Assembly (NCBI GenBank): GCA_030704615.1
Contig: CM060731.1
Location: 12,710,001 to 12,774,000 of the forward strand
Source of the DNA: Takakia lepidozioides
Taxonomy: Eukaryota; Plantae; Bryophyta
Reading direction: 5' to 3'
DNA: 64,000 bases
The position numbers and the translations under genes are program-made. Position 1 is the first letter of the stretch; every line of letters starts with the position of its first letter. Under the pieces are notes generated by a model. It did not search any database, had not been told where the DNA came from, and was given only the letters and a program-made list of their open reading frames with translations. Positions 13,257 through 25,950 of the stretch are shown here, one piece after another.

Positions 13257-13928
13257 CAGCCTTGGTGCTTGGTACCATTGGAAAGCCCTCGACAAGGAGG
13301 GGCGCACGAGCTTTGTCTCATGATTTTTGGACCTACAGTGTGGGAGATGTGGAATTTCAAGTACTTTGGATCGGTGGAAATTCCTGAAAAATAGCAGTGG
13401 GAATTCCTGGGACAATGGTTGGAGCCTCGATAGGAGAGATATAGAGGGAAAGGTCTCCGGTTCAAATCTGGTCGTAGGCTCTGTGGAAAAAAAATGACTA
13501 GATATGGCTTGCTTCATATATTGATGCACTTGGACTTAGATGACATTGTACACTTCGGCCAGCGGCACATAGTACCATTCCTTTATACAAGTAGGTGACT
13601 GAGTTTCCAGGTCGAAATCTGGCGATTTTTAGCCAATAAGAAAAACACTGAGGACCCCCTGCATAAAGCACGGGCAACCAAAAAAAAAGGTTTGGCAATG
13701 CATTCCACCGGCGTGGAATGCACCGCCCTGGCGAAGCGCGCCAATATTCTCTGGGAGGAGCAGATAATAACAAAGAGAAAAATCTCAAAATCCTTTACGC
13801 AATAGCAACTCGCTGCTGATCGGTCTACCTTAGGCTTTGGGAGATTCAATAGCTAACGTTTGGGTTTCTTCAATTCCAGGCAGCTGCTGTATTGAGCAAC
13901 TCTGCCTCTGTGCAAGAAAGAAGACACG

Positions 13929-15250
13929 ATGTCCAGAGCTGTTGTACAGCAAAGCTTCAATGAGAATGATCCTGAGGCGGCTCTGACATTAGTCACCAAG
14001 GCAGTGCCCCGGGCCGAGCCAGGGCAGGTGGTGGTGCATATCACATTGCGCCCGGTTAATCCCACAGACCTTGTCAGCATTCGGACAGGGAGGGTCATAC
14101 AAAAGTTGAATGCGCCCACGACTCCAGGCTCTGAAGGCGTCGGCATTGTCCATGCGGTAAGCGTCATGTCCAATTGAAATGGATTGTATGCCAATTTATA
14201 CACCTTAAGGCTTCACCTGAAGACATCCAGGCATCTTCTCTGAGTTCTTCTCTGAGGGCAAGCGATGCAAGCTTCTACTGAACATCTCCCTCTACTTGGT
14301 ACTATCCCCATTATGATTGGTCTAGGTATTCGGCTGATTGTATGTCTCGTTTCTATTGCCAAATCTCCTTTTCGGTCCTTGTTCAGATGCATCTATGCAT
14401 GACTACCTTCAGATTTTGGAAGATTTGTACTCTTTTTCACCAACCTTGCAAGATTCTGTTCCGGTTTTGGGCCGTGTAGGTCGGGGAGGGAGTGACGAAG
14501 GTGAAGCCCGGGCAAAGAGTGGTGCCCTTCATGTGGGAAATCTCGAGTGAGGGAGAGGGATCATGGCAGCAGTACGTTTCTGTTAGACAGGAAATGGTAT
14601 GGCCGGTCCCAGACTCCATCTCAGATGAGACGGCTGCCCAGTTTGTGATCAATCCGTGGACGGTCTACGGAATGGTGCACGATCTTGCTGTTCCTAAAGG
14701 GGAGTACTTGTTGCAAACTGCTGCTGGTTCTGTGCTTGGCAGGCAGGTGATACAATTGGCCAAGCACTGGGGCATCAAGACAATCAACATTGTGCGCCGC
14801 AGCGAACAAAAGGAGGAGCTGAAGGCTCTGGGTGCTGATGAGGTCATTAGCTCCAGTGATGAAAATGTGGTGGCGAGGGTGAAAGAGATCACAGGGGATA
14901 GGCTGGCGTATGGAGCTCTGGATGCTGTTGGTGGGGAGCTAACCAAGGAGGTGTGTGGAAGTGTGAGATTCGGAGGTCGGGTTCTCGTGTATGGAGTGTT
15001 ATCAGGTTACAATGCCGCAGTACGCACCATGGACCTAATGAGGGAAGTTCAGCTGACAGGATGGACTCTCACCAATCACTTGGACAATGAAGAGAAGCGT
15101 CAGACTCTCATTGACGAGGCCTTCAAGCTCCTGGATGCTAAGATTATTCAGCCTCTTTCAGGAGAAAAGTTCGATCTTGCTGACTTCAAAACTGCCATTA
15201 AAAAATCGGAGGAAGTCGGTCGAGGAGGAAAGGTGTTTCTCACAAGCTAA
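13929..15250 (+). CDS. Zinc-independent medium-chain dehydrogenase/reductase (2-enoyl thioester reductase / quinone oxidoreductase-like), ~332 aa; exons 13929-14156 and 14480-15250
   Basis: PVNPTDL, PGSEGVG, VTKVKPGQRV, FVINPWT, QTAAGSVLGR, LGADEVI and GGKVFL motifs; canonical GT-AG intron; open frame. Confidence 0.92.
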
Positions 15251-17466
15251 GTGAACAGTTGAGAGTCATGATGGTAAGACTCCAGGACACCCTAGTATCT
15301 GTACAAGATACTGAAGGAGAGGTTTGTTTGAATGATTCCAACCAAAATAAATCCTGGCAATACTACCGCTTGTCATGCAACTCTCATAAGTAGTCTGGGC
15401 ACTAGTTCATCCCTTCACCCGCTGCTCACTGAGGTGAATTCTATTGAGATCCAAACCTTCTGATTGAAACTGCAATAACAATCTCCACAAACTACTTAGA
15501 CTGATTCAACAAGTTGAATTCAACAAAGTCAAGACCTTCCGGAGTGAACCTTACATGATATTAGGTCCACATTGAACATGCAATCATGGACTGAATGATG
15601 TTTAACCACAAATCTGCATCCTTGCAAGGCACCACCTCTTTCCTATGCATTTTCCCTCGTTGGAATGGCAGGGAAATGGAATGTGGTCTTTTCTATCTCA
15701 TAGCCTTTCAAGCCGTTCATGCTTACCGATGGCCTCTCAGGACTCTTTTGCTTGCCTTCTGCTCTCAATGTGAATCCTTCCCAAGCTCCTTGTGCGTAAC
15801 TCTCCATTTCAGCTCTCCTCTCTTGAAGAGGAGAGAGGGAGATCATAGGATGTGATTAGAAACAACTGCTCAACCAAGGACAGGATTTTTCTGAGAGTGG
15901 GGTAACTCCTTCACCAGGGGAAGGTAGTACTTCTCAAAGAGGAAGTTTAATCCTGAATCGTCATTTTCACAGGAGGTGTAACGTGACACTCAAAGAGGAA
16001 GGTTTATGCATCTCTGAAGTGAATTGTCATCTGCACGAATTTCACAGGATAGACGTATGGCTCTTTCCTTGGACATTCTTTTCAGGAGTTCAATGATCGG
16101 CACCTACATCAAGCTTTATGGAACAACCGATCCCAGGGATGCTTACCTGTCCTGATTAGCCATACTCATAATATAATCTGAGGCACCAGATCACCTCAAA
16201 TATGCCTTTTGCTTAGCCTCTCCTATAAGAAAGATAGAAGAGAAAAAGTCTTGATGTCAGGACAACATATTGTGGATCTTGAGGAGAGTATTTTGGGACA
16301 GCTCCGAAACAGTGGATGCTTGTGTGTAGGTTGGGACACACCTCTGTGTGCCATTGAGAGGAGGCATTGGTATAGGCAAAACTGCTTCCATGTAGTATCC
16401 CACTGTCTTTATAGTCAAGGATTTAATGGATCACTGGGTAATACAGCTCACAAGCTCATCTTCTACAACAAAATGTCGCATGAACATCTTTTGTGTCTCT
16501 TCACCGTTGGTCCCCACAATATGCTTGACACTCATGCAAAGCAGCTGATTCTTCTGAAGGAGAGTACTAGTAAACATTTACAGGTTCACTTTTTCAGGGG
16601 TTTACTCCTTTTGGTTATTGGTGATAATTCTCTGCAGTAGGAGTGTCACATGGTCACCAACACAGTGGACAGTTTTCCTGATCTCTTGAACCCACTGGGA
16701 AATCTTGTTCCTGTGTCACTTGCAAAGAACGAGCTAAATTTGGCCCCATCCGCAGAACATTTGAGTATATTTTATCCCACTTGAGTTTCTGCCCCGTCCA
16801 CCCTTTTTTGCGATGTATCATCAAATACAAGGGAGTTGAGGATCTGTCCATTCTCAAGGAAGCAATGGTGTCTACAGTTGGGTGGTGTGGATTGGTTCCT
16901 GTGCATGCAGGATGATTTGCGCAAAAGGGACCGGACAAGTGGCTTGTTCAAGGACTCTTGAAACATACATTCTGTGTGGACAAACTATTCCACGCTCATG
17001 ACACATCTGCCAGAAGTACATACAAGCAATATAAGTACACATTCTTACCCACAGAATAAACTTCGAAGAACATGGCTCTCAGATTCCTGAAAGAAGCAAG
17101 AAATGTGATTCAATGATGTCAATACTAGAAGCAGAGCTTTGGGCGGAGGGAGTGCTTTCTGGGGAGCAACATAAAAAAAATCTAACCAAATATGCTTGTA
17201 GTGGGGAGATGCAAGTTGATCAGCCCAAAAGCAATGGCTAGCTTCTCACTTATATATTTCAAAAGGGAAACACCAGGGAGCAATCGCTCACAAATCAGGG
17301 CCCTTCACTTATGACATGACCTCAAATCAATGGGAGTACGTTGTTGGCCAACATCCACACACATAAGCGTCATCTTCTCATATCAGTGTTTCACGAGCTA
17401 TCTACCTCATCCTGCTTCTTCTCGAGGCTCTGAGTATGGTATGCTCAGGGCTTTCGATTTTTGTAA

Positions 17467-19155
17467 TTAGCTTGTCAGAAAAACCTTTCCTCCTCGACCA
17501 ACTTCCTGGGACTTTCTTATGGCAGTTTTGAAATCAGCAAGATCGAACTTTTCTCCTGCAAGAGGCTGAATAATCTTGGCATCCAGCAGCTTGGAGACCT
17601 CCTCAATGAGGGTATGACGCTTCTCGTCAGTGTCAGAGTGATCGGGGAGAAACCATCCTGTCAGACGAACCTGCCTGCCCAGGTCTGCGATGCGAATTGC
17701 GAGATCGGAACTTGCCAACGCTCCAAACACGAAAACCTGACCTCCGAATCTCACACTTCCGCACACCTCCTTGGTGAGCTCCCCACCAACAGCATCCAGA
17801 GCTCCATACGCCAACCTATCCCCTGTGATCTCTTTCACCCTCGCCACCACATTTTCATCACCGGAGCTAATGACCTCATCAGCACCCAGAGCCTTCAGCT
17901 CCTCCTTTTGTTCGCCGCGGCGAACAATGTTGATTGTCTTGATGCCCCAGTGCTTGGCCAGTTGTATCACCTGTCTGCCAAGCACAGAACCAGCAGCAGT
18001 TTGCAACACGTACTCCCCTTTAGGAACAGCAAGATCGTGCAACATACCGTAGACCGTCCACGGATTGACCACAAATTGGGCAGCCGTCTCATCTGGGATG
18101 GAGTCTGGGACCGGCCATACCATTTCCTGTCTCAGAGAAATGTACTGCTGCCATGATCCCTCCCCCTTCCCCATGGATTCAAACGTTAAGGGCACCACTC
18201 TTTGCCCGGGCTTCACCTTCGTCACTCCCTTCCCGACCTGCATTAAACCATTTAAGAGAACTTTTATGTTGCCATTCCTGTACAGGTCGTACTGAAGAAT
18301 TTGTGAAGAATGCACGATTTTCCAAATTTCGAGGGGTTGTCATCGACAGGGATGCGAGGTCTAGAATGACTCTGACTCAACTGGAAGAGCCAGCGAAACG
18401 GACATTTGGCAATGCAGAACCTCGAGAAAACTAAAATTTAGCCTCAATCTAGCCTGGAAAGAATTAGATCAGTTCCAGATGGGACAAGAATCTTCGTAGT
18501 GGTGAGATGGAAACCAGCCACAAACACTTCTTAGAGCTCTGCCTGTTGTAGAAGCGTATATGGGTGTCATCATCCCAGAGGGGCATGCACCGCTACTTCA
18601 GAAAATTAGAGAGAGAAACGAACAAGACATGTCAACTTGACGACCCCAACTGCAGTGCGCACAATATTACTGTCATGACTGCTCTACTCTGGTTTTGTAA
18701 AAGCTCCTCCAATGGGCCTTGAAGTAGAAGAACTATTAGCTCGAGGAGACCCAGAAGGAGGGCTCTGATCAAACACATGCGGTTAACCAACACAAACTCT
18801 TATTACATATGCAGACCACATGGCTCCATGGATGGACCCATTAGCTAAAGACTCTATGTAAGAAAGCGCACGCCTGGACATATATAATTGATGTAGTACA
18901 TTTCAGAGGGCCAAATTATGCTTACCGCATGGACAATGCCGAAGCCTTCAGAGCCTGGAGTCGAGGGCCCATTCAACTTTCGCACGACCCGCCCTGTTCG
19001 GATGGTAATAAGGTCTGTGGGATTAAGGGGCGCAGTGTGATATGCACCACCACCTGCCCTGGCTCGACGGCCTGGGGCAATGCCTTTATAAGTAAATTCA
19101 GTGCCGCCCCAGGATCACTTTCATTGAAACTTTCCTGCACAATTGCCCTGGACAT
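17467..19155 (-). pseudogene. Second MDR/ETR-like paralogue; exons 19155-18926 and 18237-17467; 1-bp frameshift in exon 1
   Basis: Highly similar to 13929-15250 with the same intron position. Exon 1 is 230 nt and shifts frame at LRP|LIP (~19025). Exon 2 is intact, so a sequencing error cannot be excluded. Confidence 0.85.
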
Positions 19156-21007
19156 CTTGTCTTCTTCGCTGAGAATCAAACTTGCTTTGCAAAGCAGGGG
19201 ACCCGGAATTCACAGACTAGATGTGGTGAAGGTATCTCTCTAAAGACTTGTGAGCTACTAAACAGCTCTTAAACTAGATCAGCAACGAGTTTCTCACTGT
19301 ACAATTGTGCCCGGTTCCTTGGCCCCGATCGAAGCGATGTGATAAAACCAGCAGAGCAGTCCACCACCAAAACCCAAATGCATTGAGGGCAGTTAGTTCG
19401 CACAGTTTATACTCAATCTCGGGAACATACAGCAAGCTGAACAACAATATAAAATGTGGCAATGAGACGACCCCACATGGCAACCCTTAGTTATCAACTA
19501 GTATACCACAATACCGCATTATACAACGAAGATCATCAACTTATAAAGAGAATTCCTCCGATGGAAGTGTAGATTATAGTGTCTCTCAACTTAAGACAAT
19601 CCCTGGAGTTTATGTAACTTGCTGTCTAAACAGTGAGCCATTTGCAACGAGTATGGGTAGCTGTAAACAAGACAATAGTTAGGGCGATTTTCAATGGTGC
19701 AGTGTACTTGGTCACTGGGCAGCAGAATTCATGAGGTCGAGTCACCCAGTTCCTTCTGCTACGCAGTGTCGAAGGAAGCTTCGGCCCTACCGTCGTGACC
19801 TTCGCGTCACCTTGTCTGCTAGTCCTGGTCTGGTGGTTGCAGAAATAAACAGCGAATCGAAAGCCTGAATTGCGGAGGGCAGTTGGGTTTGTGAGATTGT
19901 TGTTCACTTTGTTTTCCAGGCCAAGGTGCGGGCAATCGTGATCTAGCTCAGGCTTTCAGAGATTTCAGTGAAAAACTAGTCCGGTGGACGGTTTGCACAT
20001 TCTTCATTTCTCCGCAATGTAGATCTATTTTCACCACCCTGTTGCATTCCCTTGCCAGTTGCCTGAACGGTCTCTGGTGCCGTAATGTCAATTCGCTGCT
20101 GCGTGTTTGCTGGTAACCTTGCCAGTGGAAAGTCTCAACATTTACATGCTCTCTAGTGGCATACATGCACATGCCTTACATGCACTACAGATAAAATGAT
20201 GTTGTATGTATATGTATGTGTGGACAATGTATATAGAGATAGATGGTCCATATTATGACAAGTCCATATCCTCTTATGGTATCATCCCGATCACTGATGA
20301 TATGATGGTGTTGGTATAGCATCCGCTATCTGATATATTTTAGTTCTTCTAAACTTGCTATTTATCAATTTGTTGGCTTTGTCCCAATTTACTTGGGATA
20401 GAGGCATTGTGGTAACTCCTTATGAGCGGGTATAGGGTGTGAGTAATGGTGGTAGGGTGGATGGATAAGCCTCCAGATATACCTTCACTAGGTGGTAAGG
20501 GTTTGGATCCCCCTTCCCTAGTTAATACATATATTATTAACTTTAAGGAAGATTAATATAAATTCAATTTGAATCATTTGTAAGCTTTTTCACATTGAGA
20601 ACAGATGACAGAGGACACGTGTCAAAAGATAACAACAGGTAATTATAGCCTAGAGCATACACTTTTAATGTAGGAGCATCTATATCTATCTATAACATTG
20701 TAGTTTGACCTACCATCAATATAGCAGGTGTAGCTTGGTGGTGAGAAGGTTGGAATATCTGCCAATAACAAGGTTCAAACTTTTCAAGCCACGTAGAATA
20801 TATATTTTTGAAAAGGCCAGGAACTTGGACGGAAAGGTTCATTCATTTGTAAACTTTTTGACATTGAGATCGGATGAAAGTAGAGGAGGATGTTTAAAAA
20901 AACAAATGAGGCAAAAATTCCAAAAAATGAACTGAAAATGACAGGTTTTTATTTTTTGGGATGAAAAGATACGTGTCAGCAAGTTTAGGACTAGAAGAAA
21001 AAAATTC

Positions 21008-21740
21008 TAAAGATATAAATTATTATTTATAATCACCCTTAGGACTCCTTAGGGCGGCCCTAAAAAGTCCTTAGAGAAAAAAATAGAAACATATAAATTA
21101 TTATTTATAATTGCCCTTCGGACTCCTTAGGGCGGCCCTAAGGATCTTAAGAGGGGGAAAACTGGAAAGATATAAATTATTATTCGCCCTTAGGACTCCT
21201 TAGGACCGCCCTAAGAAGTCCTAAGCGGAGGAAAATGGAAAGATATAAATTATTATTTATAGTCACCCTTAGAACTCTTAGGGCGCCCCTGAGGAGTCCT
21301 AAAAGGAGGAAGATGGAAACATATATATTATTACTTATTTAGGGCGGCCCTAAGAGGGGGAAAATTAATAGATGTAAATTGCTATATATAGTCGCCCTTA
21401 GGATTCTTTAGGGCGGCCTTTAGGAGTCCTAAAAGTGGGAAAATAGAAAGATACAAATTATTATTTATAATTGCCCTTAGGACTCTTAGGGCGGCCCTAA
21501 GGAATCCTAAGATGGGGAAAATGGAAAAATATAAATTGCTATATATAGTCACCCTTAGGACTCATTAGGGCCGCCCTAATGAGTCCTAAGAGTGAAGATA
21601 TAAATTATTATTTATAATTGTCCTTAGGACTCCTAAGGGCGGCCCTAAGGAGTCCTAAGAGGGGAAAAATAGAAAGATGTAAATTGTTATTTATAGTTTC
21701 TCTTATGACTCCTTAGAACGGTCCTAAGGAGTCCTAAAAG
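21008..21740. repeat. Tandem array of ~10 x ~78-bp units, most with a ~37-bp palindrome (consensus CTTAGGACTCCTTAGGGCGGCCCTAAGGAGTCCTAAG)
   Basis: Units start at agatataaattattatttata-like words near 21010, 21090, 21168, 21240, 21318, 21370, 21448, 21527, 21595 and 21675. Confidence 0.9.
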
Positions 21741-22349
21741 AAATGGAAAAAAATAAACTATGTATCAGCTTTGGCATTACATTTATGAATCACATGTACT
21801 ATTTATTGGTATGTACCGGCAAAATTTGTGGTTGACACCATTATTATAATCAAAACAAAATTTTGTTCTCGATAAACGTTCATACAACTATTTGTAATGC
21901 ACCGACATCTGTTTTTAAATAAACCTTCATGAGTCCTAAGAGTTTAGAAAAAACAAAACCATAATCTAGAGAAGTATACTATGCCCTGATTGCTCTAGTG
22001 GTTATCATGAGTACTCCTAAGACTTTGTATTCTAAGAGGTTGTGGGTTCAAAACTACCACACTCTATTTTTTGGAACAAACTACAATTTCCACATTGTCC
22101 TGAGATTCTTCAGGATTGTTTAGGGTTTCGTATTCATTTTCGAGTTCATCTTCTTCGTTTTTGCTTTCATCTTCTGCAACATATTGTCGTCTTTCTCCAT
22201 GACCTCATCGTAAAGTAGGCGGCGCACTAAGTAACCCGTGGAGCGGCGCAGTTGAGGCACACATGGGGCGGTCATAGCTGCATTTGTGAGTATAAGCTTG
22301 CTCCCACCCCCCTCTCTCTTTTTGCATCCTTCACCCTCTGGTCTTTGTT

Positions 22350-24990
22350 GTGGTAGCAGTTGCTTTTACAATGTCTGTTGTAACACCGAAGGAAGGCAGG
22401 ATGATAGTCACAATGGATGATTTGAACTATGGAATCCGAGATGTTGCTTTTGAGGCGAAGGTGTTGAACAGATATGACACCTTTGATCGGATTGCCAACA
22501 AGACCATGGAAAATCCAGGTTATGCTTTCTTGCATTGTGATTTGCTAGATAAGATAGTCTTGACCACATTCACTTTAAGACTGAAGTCGCCCTTTATAGA
22601 AATACATGAGTAATATTTGCAAAAGAGAATGTATGTGAGGGTGGAAAATTTTGGGATGGACTCAAAATCCAAAAAAGTTTTGAAAAATACGACATGTATG
22701 TCATCATAACAGTTGAGTCGACCACAACTTAGAGTTGGGTCTGTGCCACCTTTGCTGTCATTGTTACTGCAGTAAGAGGGGGAGGACAAGATATGAAGGG
22801 TGAAAAATAACTAATGATTGCAGTTGGAGAGCAAGAATTTGACCAAGATGTTCTTGCCATAGGGAGGAATTTCAAAATAGATTATGATCAAATTGTGGAA
22901 GCATACAATGCTGGCTAATGTGTTATGATCTTGATTAAGAATGTCGCACAACGTCTAAATGAGATCAACATTTGAAAGCGCAACCCCACACAATTTTTAG
23001 CAGGAATGTTGATGAAAGCGTTCGAGCTCGTCTTCTTCATCTGCACAACAAATTTAACTCAGCCTGCAGTAAGAGAGGTAAGCCATTATATCTTACTTTG
23101 TTTGTATTGAATTTTTTTGCTATCAATTTTAGTTAGTCTGTACCTTATTATAAAATAATGTAATCCGGATATCATCATCAATGTTCATTGTAACGGTTGT
23201 CGTTTGAAAACAAAGGTTCACAAGTCAGGTTTTCTCCGTGCCTTTATTGCAACCGACGCTGAACCTGTGTTGCTGACCATTGAGGGCAAATGGCTCGAGG
23301 CAATCGTGCATATGGCAGAATCGGAGTGTTCCTCAATTCCCCTCGTCCAAAACAGATTCAGCTCCCTCAACACAATTTGATCCCCACATCTGCCCTTGTT
23401 GGTTTTCAAGAGGACATTCAACAATTAATCCCTAAAACGAAATTTCATATTCGTGGTGTGGATTTGGTTGTAACCCTTTGGCAACTGTTCTTGATCCATC
23501 GAAATCAAAACCATATGATGGTGTGCAACACGGTGTGAAACATAAACCTCACTTTGATGATCTGTAATCAGTTTCCAACCAAAAAACCTCATGAACACTT
23601 GGTGTTTTTGTAAATAGTATTTAGTGCATCACCCTTGCTGTTGTCTTCTCTTTAAGATAAGCAACTTGTGATGTGAAAAAAAAATTATATTACAATTTTC
23701 ATTTTGTAGCCCTTACTATAGTATTTTTCCCATTGTTGTTTTCAAGGTACAAAGAAAGGTTTCGTATTACACATAGTTTTCATACGTAAATCAAGTTCTT
23801 TGTACACTGCGATTTTCACATCATCATAAAGGATCAGTTTTCAAAAATTCAAATGATATTCTAAGCGGTTTTACACACAAAGCGGTTTCTATGTAAGCGG
23901 TTTCTATTATGTGATCAAACTTATTCAAACCAAATCTTTATTGACAAAAATACAGTTCATATTTGTAATCATTTTTTAATTGGTGACCGGGTAATATTTC
24001 AATTCTCAGTCCAGTATTTAGGTTTTTAAATTTAAATCTAGTTCTTACATCCATTTAATTTAAATTCATAATAATGGAGACAATCACATCGGATCTTCTT
24101 CTTCATTCTTTCTTTGACTACGTCTTACATTCATCCAGACTTTGTCTGGTTTCAACATATAACTATGAAGTAGGCAATTGTCTTTTCAATTCTATTTCTT
24201 ATCTATACAGCTCTATCTCGCATTCGAACAAAAGAAAGACTATTTTTGTTGGCTCTTCTCCAACATGAAAACTTCTATGTGGATCCAAGGGTACATACAG
24301 AAATGAAAAGATTAAAAACAACTGCAACTTGGAAACCATATATTCCTCAATTAAAAAACTTGCGTCATTCTCATGTAATTTTACAAGCCAAAATACAACT
24401 TCTCTACGGCAACATTATGAAGACATTAACCATGATCATCACCTATGTCTCACATCTTATGTCTTATGGAAACAAGAATATACCACTTATCAACCGATGT
24501 GCACAAATTCATAAATTCATCCAAGTATTCATAAGTTTCAATCCATGACGGTCATTGGTTAATGATGATGTATGACATACACATGAACTTAAACTCTTTC
24601 CATACAACAACCAGTAATGGCTCAAAATTCATAGCAGTCACATTCAATACCAATATCTGAAAAGCAATACATAGTGTATGTGTTTATAGAGCTCATTCAT
24701 GTACAGTTTCTACGTTCCTAAGCAAATTTGAAGCTCTCATACAAAATTCGCCCAAATATTGCCCAATTATCATTTTGGGAGATTTTAATGTTGACATTTT
24801 AGAAGACAATAACCATGCAAAAAACAAACAACAACTGTTGGATTTCATGGATAAATTCAAATTAAAGTCGCAGCTTAACGGGAGCACCACAAAAGTCGGA
24901 TCTCAACTAGTCTACCACATATGGGCAAATATCCCTGGAAATGAATGTGAATGTGGTGTGACAGAAGCATATTGGCCAGATTATTGCGCG
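22350..24990 (+). mobile_element. Degraded Helitron/Helentron-like cargo: OB-fold (RPA-like), OTU-like and EEP/AP-endonuclease fragments
   Basis: 22350-22700 reads like an RPA OB fold (AFEAKVLNRY...CDLLDK...YVRVENF). VGNCLFNSISY at ~24170 matches the OTU catalytic-Cys motif. IIILGDFNVD...TTKVGSQLVYHIWAN at 24770-24930 matches EEP motifs. No Rep/helicase seen. Confidence 0.55.
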
Positions 24991-25169
24991 TGAGGGAGGG
25001 AGGCAGAGAGGCAGGGGAATTGGTCGAGGAGGAGGAGAGGGAGGGGGGATGAGGTGAGTTTGTGATACGAGGAGTGGAAGAAACTGAGCTCTAGTGAAGA
25101 GGTCTTACAAGAAACCGAGGTTATTGCTGATCGTCTGCAGTAACCAGTGCCGTTATCAAGTGTAGATTA

Positions 25170-25950
25170 TGAGGGCTTGATTATGTTTTCTTTTAATATT
25201 CTAGGTCTGTGCGGGTTGCCTTCCGTCAACTTTATCGCATATTGGGACTTATTTGATTTGGTTTTCTGGATGTAAAGATACTCATGGCGTTATGTGGCAG
25301 AAAGAGTGACTTTGAAGGAATGATCACATACCTTCAACCTTCTTTCAACAGCCCCGTTTTCGGGGATGAAGGTGATGAATATTTGTTGTCAAGATACCTA
25401 ACTCTCTCCCCAGTATGCTTCACGGGTTTGGCCTCTTTAAAGAGGTATTGTATGGAACGTTATATCCTTTTTGTTGATGGATCGGGGCTCTTCAATCAAT
25501 ACATCGCATTCACGGGCGTGAGTCGCGAATGCATAAAGCAAATAGATAGACTCCACGAGGGCAGAGGGACACTGTTGAACATGCTAGTTCTCTATGATGG
25601 TACATGGGAAGTGTTGATTGCCAAAATTGTGGTCAGTGCTACTCACCAGATCTCTACAAGGGAGTTCGCTCGTCTCTTTGAGAGAAAGTTAATTCCTCTT
25701 GGCCTTGACATGGTCATTGTAGCCCTCAGTTCAGATCGGTTTGGGGACAGATCTCGCAGATCCAAGGAGGCAGACGTGGCCTACAAACCTTTACAACTTG
25801 CAGACTGTTGGATGATTGGCCTAGCTTCGTAATCGAGATGGGTTTATCTGAGTCTATTCAGATGTTGCAGATGGATGCTTGGTACTGGCGGTAAAACTTG
25901 CATTGTGGTTCTTCTCCACATCAACAAGCTCTTAAGACAAATACTCGTGG
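25170..25950 (+). mobile_element. Probable degenerate L1-type LINE endonuclease remnant
   Basis: MFSFNILGL (cf. SWNVRGL) at ~25185 and a degenerate RLDRFYLS-like stretch at ~25830; many lesions. Confidence 0.35.

Larger units (their letters stand above)
9897..13560. repeat. Non-autonomous repeat present as three tandem units with internal sub-repeats; third unit interrupted by a Copia
   Basis: The ~200-bp block gttgagatgtcccaaacc...ggtaccattggaaagccctc...ggacctacggtgtgggagat recurs at ~9915, ~10765 and 11395/13262. Sub-repeat gctaccctagaggtcgcatttgggcc occurs many times in 10318-11250. Confidence 0.75.

Noticed and set aside
15400-17300. Possible LINE remnant (ADDNSL near 16030; CPLC near 16660, minus strand)
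   Set aside because: Motifs are too degenerate and in inconsistent order to call.
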